From contig NZ_PQWO01000022.1 of the NCBI RefSeq assembly GCF_003231495.1, positions 26,163 to 58,162 of the forward strand: a stretch of DNA of 32,000 nt. Reading direction: 5' to 3'. This document shows, in pieces, positions 25,945 through 32,000 of the stretch (its first letter is position 1; the number at the start of each line of letters is the position of its first letter). The DNA comes from Acaryochloris thomasi RCC1774. Its GTDB lineage: Bacteria > Cyanobacteriota > Cyanobacteriia > Thermosynechococcales > Thermosynechococcaceae. Under the pieces are notes generated by a model. That model was not told where the DNA came from. It ran no database searches and was given only the letters and a program-made list of their open reading frames with translations. Both the position numbers and the translations under genes were made by a program.

Positions 25945-26853
25945 ATGAGCGTTGTAGGTGACAAAATCTTAGGGTTATTTATTGGCCTCTCAACGTTGGA
26001 TTTCATATATTTAGCTGAGGGACCGCCCCAGGCAAACCAAAAGGTTGTGGCGCGAGAAAGCGCGATCTCATCTGGTGGTCCGGCAACCAATGCTGCCGTC
26101 ACCTTTGCTCACCTCGGTAATCAAGCCCAGCTCCTCACCGCAATGGGAACTCATCCAATGACCCAGTTAATGCGGTCTGACTTGGAAGAGGTAGGGGTTG
26201 CGATGGCCGAAGGCCGGTCATTGACCATCGCAAATCTAACGCCATCCCAAGTCCAATCCCCTGCTATTTCTTCGATCATCGTTACTGAATCTACTGGGGA
26301 GCGAGCCATCATCTCTCTCAACGCCCAACGTCAGCAGGCTCAGCCAGAGCAAATTCCACCGGAGGTTTGGGAACGGCTCGACGCCACTAAGATTATTTTG
26401 ATTGATGGCCACCAGATTGATATTAGTGTTGCAATCTCAGCTCAAGCAACCAACATCCCCATTGTTTTAGATGGTGGAAGCTGGAAGCCAGGGCTAGAGA
26501 ACGTGCTGCCCTACGTTCACTACGCCATTTGCTCAGCCAACTTCTATCCACCCGGCTGCTCAAAGACCGAAGCCACCATCAAGTATCTACAGGATCGATT
26601 GCCCCAACCTACTCGGATTGCCATCACGCAAGGCGACCAGCCGATTCTCTACCGGGACGGAAAAATAGAGGGCACCATTCCCGTACCGGACATCACTCCA
26701 GTGGATACTCTAGGAGCCGGAGACGTTTTCCACGGTGCCTTTTGTCACTTTATTTTGTCCCATGCTTTCCCTGAGGCACTCGCGCAGGCAGCGCAGGTGG
26801 CCGCCACCGCCTGCCAGTCTTTCGGCACCCGTGCTTGGCTTCAGGAACACTAG
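25945..26853 (+). CDS. PfkB/ribokinase-family sugar kinase
   Basis: C-terminal signature VDTLGAGDVFHGAF and an N-terminal GG dipeptide region (SSGGPATNAA). The 302 aa length fits. Confidence 0.85.
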   Translation: MSVVGDKILGLFIGLSTLDFIYLAEGPPQANQKVVARESAISSGGPATNAAVTFAHLGNQAQLLTAMGTHPMTQLMRSDLEEVGVAMAEGRSLTIANLTPSQVQSPAISSIIVTESTGERAIISLNAQRQQAQPEQIPPEVWERLDATKIILIDGHQIDISVAISAQATNIPIVLDGGSWKPGLENVLPYVHYAICSANFYPPGCSKTEATIKYLQDRLPQPTRIAITQGDQPILYRDGKIEGTIPVPDITPVDTLGAGDVFHGAFCHFILSHAFPEALAQAAQVAATACQSFGTRAWLQEH

Positions 26854-27584
26854 CGAATCTCAGCATATAGCCTCTTCAGTCTCGTTGCCGAGACGCCAAA
26901 GGCCCAGAGAAGCCCCACAGTCAGATAGATGGCATTGGCCTTGAGTGCCCCCAGATGGGCAACACGCCGATCAGAAGCCTGTACAACTCGATTGACCAAG
27001 CGCATCCGCCCGTAATGGGTAATCCGCTGGCAAAAGTCTGACTCTTCCATAATGGGCATGTCGGCATCGAAGCCGCCGCAGTCCCAGAAGGGCTGCTGTC
27101 GACAGAAAATAACCTGGTCACCAAAAAACAGGCGCATCCCTTTGCCAAAGAAAAGGTGGGGGCGAAAGAAAAGAGGCCCCCAATAGGTTTTGAGAAAATT
27201 TTGCAGCGTTACCCCCCAGCAAATTGTTTTTAGCCCTGTCATCACTGAAATAAAAGCACCACAAATGACCTGAGAGTTGCTCAGTACCGCTTGAATCACA
27301 GCAATGAGATCATCAGGCACCAACGTATCGGCATGGAGGAAGCAAAGCACCTCTCCACTTGCGGCCTGGGCTCCCAAGTTCATCTGCATCGATCGTCTCG
27401 CCTGGGGAGCAGAGAGAACAGTCACCTCAGGAACCTGCGCGATGGCTAAAGTGTCATCTACGCTACCGCCATCGACAATAATGATGTCAGCGGCAGGGGG
27501 ATCTAGTTGCTCTAAACAGCGCAACGTTCGAGCGAGGTAATCCGCTTCATTCAGAGTGGGAATGATGATAGAAACGCTGAGCAT
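26850..27584 (-). CDS. Family-2 glycosyltransferase, TIGR04283-like
   Basis: SIIIPTLNE, IIIVDGGSVDDT, RRSMQMNLGA, and FLHADTLVP. The start is taken at ATG 27584 (MLSVSIIIP); the tracked ORF extends to 27623. Confidence 0.85.
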   Translation of the reverse strand: MLSVSIIIPTLNEADYLARTLRCLEQLDPPAADIIIVDGGSVDDTLAIAQVPEVTVLSAPQARRSMQMNLGAQAASGEVLCFLHADTLVPDDLIAVIQAVLSNSQVICGAFISVMTGLKTICWGVTLQNFLKTYWGPLFFRPHLFFGKGMRLFFGDQVIFCRQQPFWDCGGFDADMPIMEESDFCQRITHYGRMRLVNRVVQASDRRVAHLGALKANAIYLTVGLLWAFGVSATRLKRLYAEIR

Positions 27585-27629
27585 AGAGCCAGTAACTAAA
27601 TTGAAAGCTGAGTAAGAGAACACGTTCGA

Positions 27630-28307
27630 ATGATAAAGCCATCTGTGAGGGTTACGCCCTTAATATTGCTGCTGAGCGCAGCTCTGCTCGGGGCATGTAG
27701 CCCTGTCACTGAGTCCCGCTCTGATGGAACAGCCCAAGCTTCTGATAAAGAAGAAAAGCCAGGCAAGGTTCTACAGCCCTTTGAATCAATTTCGGGCACT
27801 CCTTACTTAGTCGCCAACATTACTCAAGCCGACTGGGGTGGATCTCGCTCAGGCTCTTCGGGGTCTTATAAGCGCAGGGCTGGGGACATTCATAATCTTG
27901 TATTTCTCGATTCTGGCTCTCTAGCGTCCCACCGTTTATTTGAGACCAATCAGTACAACATTCTTGAGGCCAAGCAGTATTCATTGAGCAATCCAAATCC
28001 TCCGGCGAAAAAGAATGAGAAGATCGCTCGGTTTGTCTATCAAGTCTTCAAGCAAGATACAAATGAAGATGATTATCTCGGCGGCGTAGACCATCGCACC
28101 ATTGGTATTTCGGATGCTTTTGGCAAGCAGTATGTTGAAGTGCTGACCGATATCAGTCAGCTTCTGAATCTAAAGCCGCTCAGCTCTAATCGGCTGCTGG
28201 CGGTCTACGTCAAGGCGGGGCAGAAAACGGCTAGCATTATTGATCTTGAGCAAAGGGTTGTCGTGAAGACAGATGCGATCGCAACTCTAGGCCCTGACGT
28301 ACAGTAA
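27630..28307 (+). CDS. Hypothetical lipoprotein
   Basis: Signal peptide with a lipobox: MIKPSVRVTPLILLLSAALLGAC. I recognise no domain. Confidence 0.7.
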   Translation: MIKPSVRVTPLILLLSAALLGACSPVTESRSDGTAQASDKEEKPGKVLQPFESISGTPYLVANITQADWGGSRSGSSGSYKRRAGDIHNLVFLDSGSLASHRLFETNQYNILEAKQYSLSNPNPPAKKNEKIARFVYQVFKQDTNEDDYLGGVDHRTIGISDAFGKQYVEVLTDISQLLNLKPLSSNRLLAVYVKAGQKTASIIDLEQRVVVKTDAIATLGPDVQ

Positions 28308-28332
28308 CGATTAGATCCAGTACCATCGTTAT

Positions 28333-28917
28333 ATGGTTAGCTCCCCCCCCATCCGTCTCCCTAAAACGCTGCGAGTCACAGACGAGCAGTTCTCTGACTT
28401 CGTTGTGGCCAACCCTGACCTGCGACTAGAGCGCACCGCGACTGGAGAACTGATTGTTATGCCGCCCACCGGTAGCGAAAGTGGAAACTACAACTTTGAG
28501 CTAAATACCGATCTAGGAATTTGGAACCGTCAGGCCCAACGTGGCAAAGCCTTTGATTCATCGACAGGATTTCGGCTCCCCAATGGAGCCACCCGCTCTC
28601 CTGATAGTGCATGGGTCACGAATGAACGCTGGGAGAAGCTGACACCACAGCAACGGAAAGGCTTTGCTCCACTTTGCCCAGATTTTGTACTGGAATTAGC
28701 CTCTGAAACCGATAATCTCGATACTCTGCGCCAAAAAATGCATGAGTATATCGGCAATGGCTGTCGTCTTGGCTGGCTGATTATTCCCAAAACGAAACAA
28801 GTCGAGGTTTATCGGCCAGAACAGGCTCCTGAAGTCCTCCAGTCTCCAACCTCTGTGTCAGAAGAAACCGTGTTACCGGGGTTTACGCTTAACTTACGAA
28901 CTATTTTCGGAACTTAA
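28333..28917 (+). CDS. Uma2-family (DUF820) restriction-endonuclease-fold protein
   Basis: GELIVMPPTGSESG..., SPDSAWV..., PDFVLELASETD..., KM.EY...G...GWLI.P....VEVY. This pattern is typical of the highly expanded cyanobacterial Uma2 family. Confidence 0.8.
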   Translation: MVSSPPIRLPKTLRVTDEQFSDFVVANPDLRLERTATGELIVMPPTGSESGNYNFELNTDLGIWNRQAQRGKAFDSSTGFRLPNGATRSPDSAWVTNERWEKLTPQQRKGFAPLCPDFVLELASETDNLDTLRQKMHEYIGNGCRLGWLIIPKTKQVEVYRPEQAPEVLQSPTSVSEETVLPGFTLNLRTIFGT

Positions 28918-28931
28918 AAGCGAGGACTCCA

Positions 28932-29309
28932 ATGCAGCTTGCACAGACAGACCTTGCACAGCTACAGGAGCTAGAAGAGTGCTTATGGCGCTCAGACACA
29001 CGGTTTGATCACGAGTTCATGGATCAAACCTTAGCTCCAGATTTTTTCGAGTTTGGCCGTTCTGGCCGTACCTATCGTAGAGAAGACACCTTGGGCGCTC
29101 CGGCTCAAACGATTCATGCAGTTTTGCCACTTAGAGACTTTGCCATTCAATTGGTAGAGGCCAATGTTGCTCTTGTGACTTATCGCAGTGAGGTGACCTA
29201 CGGAGACGTCGTTGAACATGGCCGCAGAAGCTCTATCTGGTCCAAATCCACACGAGGATGGCAGCTAAGATTCCATCAGGGCACTCCAATCCCTCCTGAG
29301 ATACTCTAG
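28932..29309 (+). CDS. NTF2-like / DUF4440-like small protein
   Basis: LAPDFFEFGRSGRTY...VALVTYRS...SSIWSKSTRGWQLRFHQGTP. This is a SnoaL/NTF2-like pattern, recognised from memory. Confidence 0.55.
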   Translation: MQLAQTDLAQLQELEECLWRSDTRFDHEFMDQTLAPDFFEFGRSGRTYRREDTLGAPAQTIHAVLPLRDFAIQLVEANVALVTYRSEVTYGDVVEHGRRSSIWSKSTRGWQLRFHQGTPIPPEIL

Positions 29310-29337
29310 GGAACTACAATCAGTAACCTTTGTGACG

Positions 29338-31569
29338 TTAGGGAACCTGCAGCGGAATACATGAGTTCTCTGGAAGATACTCCACAAAAGAACCATCTTT
29401 AGCCAAAATCGCGACTAGCTCCATGTGCCAGTCCGGTTCAACATGCAGATCTTTCCAAGGCACTGCAAGTTCTAAACATTGATCTAGTCCGATCTGGATT
29501 TCTTGAGGGATCGGGTACCAGGGCTGCTCACCCCCTGCCACCTGCAGCAATGCCTCGCTTTTAAGAAGGTCAATCTTAAGGTGATGGTGAAACAAATAAT
29601 TGAGCGGAGCAGTATCGGGCTTTTTCGTCAGCGGCACCGCACTGTTGTGCATCGTTTGCCCAGGGTAATACCAGAACAAATGCAGTTCCGGCGGGGAATC
29701 AACCCCTAGTTTTTTGCCCACCTGACAGTCAAATCGCAGGTAGAAATTAAGGTGATCAAGACCATACCAAAGCCGCTGCACCACGCTACTTTTGTGCATT
29801 GTGCCCCGCGCGCCAGCCACCGTAATCCGCCCAGCATGATCCCAATCCTGTTCATCAGCGACCCCATCAATTGTGGGGTGAATAAACCCTTGGGGCTGAT
29901 GGTCAAGGAGCGGTTGATGATCTTCTAAGGGATGCTGCAGTATCTCAGGAACTGGTTCATTTAAGGCTTGATATAGCGCCGTCAGATGTTCTCGAAAAAG
30001 CTGATCAAACATGGCGTCATGATTAGAAGAATGGCCTTCGCCAAACCACCAGAACCAGTCTGAGCCTTCTGCGGCAAACAGCGCTTCCCAGGCTTCAGGA
30101 TTTTTCTCCTCCGTCGCTTCGGGATGGTAAGCCAGGGTCTGCCTCGCATCGGTGAGTAAATCCCAGGCCCGATTTTTAATTGGGTCACCAATCCAGGTCG
30201 TAAAGCTGCCGTCAACCCAGGAGCCACTATGCAATTCCTGGGCTGGTAGAGTTTCCCGCGCCGGGAATTTATCGAGATATTCAGAGACGGTGACCAGATT
30301 AATGTCATTGCGATCGCTTAACTGGCTGTACAGGCTTTCTAAAAATGGGAGTCCATCCTTAGGATAAAACTCCCAACAGTTTTCGCCATCGAGAGCAATG
30401 GTGACCAGCCAGGGTTGAGCGAGATCGTTGCCATCTTCAGACTGGCGAGAGCTTAGGGTGGTTGCGATCGCATCTAGATGTCCCACCAAATCAGAAGCCG
30501 CCTCCTGCGGATCCATAGCGCTATAGGTAAAACCCACCAAATCTGACAGGCGATGATCTCGGAACACAATCGATAAATCTCCCTGCTCAGTCTCTAAGCG
30601 ATAGGGCTGATAAAGAATCTCAGGTTCACAGACATTCCCCGATTCATCGCGGTGGAAAAAGTGCTCTTTCGTCCATCCCAGCACAGCTTCATCAGAACAG
30701 AGCCACTGGAACCCTTGCTTAGCAGCGTAGGGCAACATCTCAGGGCTAACGGACTGCTCAGAAGGCCAGAGACCGCGAGGTGCCTGTCCAAACCGGCTGA
30801 GATACTGATCCCAAGCTCGCTGCAGATGTCGAGGAATGTCACTGGCCCATTGAAACTGACTCTGGGGCAGCTCCATATGCGGGACTGCGACCCGACCCGA
30901 ATTGGTGTCAGCCAAGAGGGGCAAGATTGGGTGTGTATAGGGAGAGGTAATCACCTCAAGCTGTCCCGTCTCCTGCATTTTTCGGTGTTGGGGCAAGATA
31001 CGTCCGAGAATCTCTTGATGCTTGGCAATGATTTGCTGACGATCGGTTAAAGAAAAATCGCGCCCCTGTTCTAACCACTTAGAAATCGCTGGATCATCCC
31101 AAAAGAGCGGATCGATCCACGCAAGATTATGCCAAGCCATCAGGTCACTATAGTCCTGTGGTTTCCAGTTCTCTAAACACCAGGCCTCACCTTGCTCTTG
31201 ATGCTGATTGTATAGCTCTGCATAGCGCGGATGAGGATCGATGAGGGTTTGATGGTTAGCATCAAAGAAATGTCTCAGAATGAACTGCTGCTGTTCTGAA
31301 GATAAATTTTCGGTTGTTTGTAAAGAAGCCGCGAGGTAGGGATCCTCTGCGGTGCCTGCAGCATAGTCTTCAATCTGGGCGATCAGCGAGGGAACTAGAT
31401 TCACTGTTTGGTGCAGCTTGGGATAGCGTTCTAGCAGCAGTACCAAATCTAGATAATCTTTAGTACCGTGAAGCCGCACCCAAGGCATCCGATACTGACC
31501 GGTAACCCGACTTTTGTATAGGGGTTGATGCTGGTGCCAGATAAAGGCGACATATAGGGGATGGGGCAT
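29338..31569 (-). CDS. Glycoside hydrolase family 57 protein (alpha-glucan-active enzyme)
   Basis: N-terminal FIWHQHQPLYK and VRLHGTKDYLD, then ...WPSEQSVS..., TIALDGENCWEFY, and SDWFWWFGE. The 743 aa length is as in cyanobacterial GH57 proteins. Confidence 0.9.
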   Translation of the reverse strand: MPHPLYVAFIWHQHQPLYKSRVTGQYRMPWVRLHGTKDYLDLVLLLERYPKLHQTVNLVPSLIAQIEDYAAGTAEDPYLAASLQTTENLSSEQQQFILRHFFDANHQTLIDPHPRYAELYNQHQEQGEAWCLENWKPQDYSDLMAWHNLAWIDPLFWDDPAISKWLEQGRDFSLTDRQQIIAKHQEILGRILPQHRKMQETGQLEVITSPYTHPILPLLADTNSGRVAVPHMELPQSQFQWASDIPRHLQRAWDQYLSRFGQAPRGLWPSEQSVSPEMLPYAAKQGFQWLCSDEAVLGWTKEHFFHRDESGNVCEPEILYQPYRLETEQGDLSIVFRDHRLSDLVGFTYSAMDPQEAASDLVGHLDAIATTLSSRQSEDGNDLAQPWLVTIALDGENCWEFYPKDGLPFLESLYSQLSDRNDINLVTVSEYLDKFPARETLPAQELHSGSWVDGSFTTWIGDPIKNRAWDLLTDARQTLAYHPEATEEKNPEAWEALFAAEGSDWFWWFGEGHSSNHDAMFDQLFREHLTALYQALNEPVPEILQHPLEDHQPLLDHQPQGFIHPTIDGVADEQDWDHAGRITVAGARGTMHKSSVVQRLWYGLDHLNFYLRFDCQVGKKLGVDSPPELHLFWYYPGQTMHNSAVPLTKKPDTAPLNYLFHHHLKIDLLKSEALLQVAGGEQPWYPIPQEIQIGLDQCLELAVPWKDLHVEPDWHMELVAILAKDGSFVEYLPENSCIPLQVP

Positions 31570-31822
31570 AATATCTCAGTTTTTGATCTCTGGATTATCA
31601 GCAAAGGAAGGTAATTCCATTGACCGGACTGAACTTTCTCTCCATAAAACTAATCGCCAATATTTACTCGGCCTCAGGCAGCCGTTTCAGGTCCGTCAGA
31701 ACTAAGCATAAACACAACTGACTTTTACTGCTAATAGCAATTAATGCTCAACCAATCATAAGAATTGATGGGTAATGCTGCAGTACTTGTACTTACTGTT
31801 TTTCACATCTCCCTACATAGCA

Positions 31823-31852
31823 AAATCCCGCACTCAGCTGAGGGCGGGATTT
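31823..31852 (-). terminator. Hairpin downstream of psbA; probable terminator
   Basis: AAATCCCGC (31823-31831) / GCGGGATTT (31844-31852) enclose an inner CTCAG/CTGAG pairing. On the minus strand the 3' arm runs into TTTT. It lies about 60 nt after the psbA stop. Confidence 0.5.
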
Positions 31853-31909
31853 CATCAATCACTATCTAATTACCGAGAGAACTAAAGTTGTCCCATTAGA
31901 AGGTCGTGA

Positions 31910-32000
31910 TTAGCCGTTGATGACTGGAGCAGTCAGAGCAACAGTTGTAGATTCCATGGAAGCTAGGTCCAGAGGGAAGTTGTGAGCATTGCGCTCGTGC
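31910..32000 (-). CDS. psbA: Photosystem II D1 protein, C-terminal fragment truncated by the window edge
   Basis: The reverse-strand translation reads HERNAHNFPLDLASMESTTVALTAPVING*, with the stop at 31910-31912. This is a canonical D1 C-terminus including the CtpA-processed extension. Confidence 0.9.
   Translation of the reverse strand, partial: HERNAHNFPLDLASMESTTVALTAPVING

Noticed and set aside
31688-31695. CAGGTCCG, reminiscent of the SRP (4.5S) RNA domain IV
   Set aside because: The rest of the conserved GGAAGGAAGCAGC motif and its complementary strand are absent.
1-32000. A search for CRISPR arrays, transposase or integrase genes, IS inverted repeats, rRNA/tRNA/tmRNA/RNase P signatures, and inteins in dnaG
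   Set aside because: I found none by eye. All large ORFs are accounted for by ordinary chromosomal genes. The dnaG length and motifs are contiguous.

Overview
This window is a cyanobacterial chromosomal segment. The evidence is psaD, a psbA 3' end, a lumenal-type pentapeptide-repeat protein, RRM-type rbp genes, and at least 16 copies of the HIP1 octamer GCGATCGC. It is dense in ordinary core genes: serS, trpE, dnaG, rpsU, a thioredoxin, a [2Fe-2S] ferredoxin, psaD, a Slt-type lytic transglycosylase, a GH57 glucan enzyme and two rbp genes. Signalling and envelope genes are mixed in: a Hanks-type Ser/Thr kinase, a GAF sensor histidine kinase, a Crp/Fnr regulator, a BcsA-like glycosyltransferase with a PilZ-like tail, and a PEP-CTERM protein. 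A small accessory-looking trio (lipoprotein, Uma2 nuclease-fold protein, NTF2-like protein) sits near the 3' end. I found no tRNA or rRNA genes, CRISPR arrays, transposases or integrases. I cannot point to a clear new multi-gene system. The most unexplained material is non-coding. (1) A 781-bp gene-free region at 18323-19103 has strong strand-composition skew and two minus-strand terminator-like structures with no ORF to terminate, so it may hold sRNA or micro-protein genes, or a long structured rbp leader. (2) A composite direct repeat brackets the stand-alone MEKHLA gene. (3) A 39-codon ORF with a single predicted TM helix abuts dnaG. (4) A terminator plus a second hairpin lie between rbp and rpsU. 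All functional calls come from motif recognition in the supplied translations. No database search was run.
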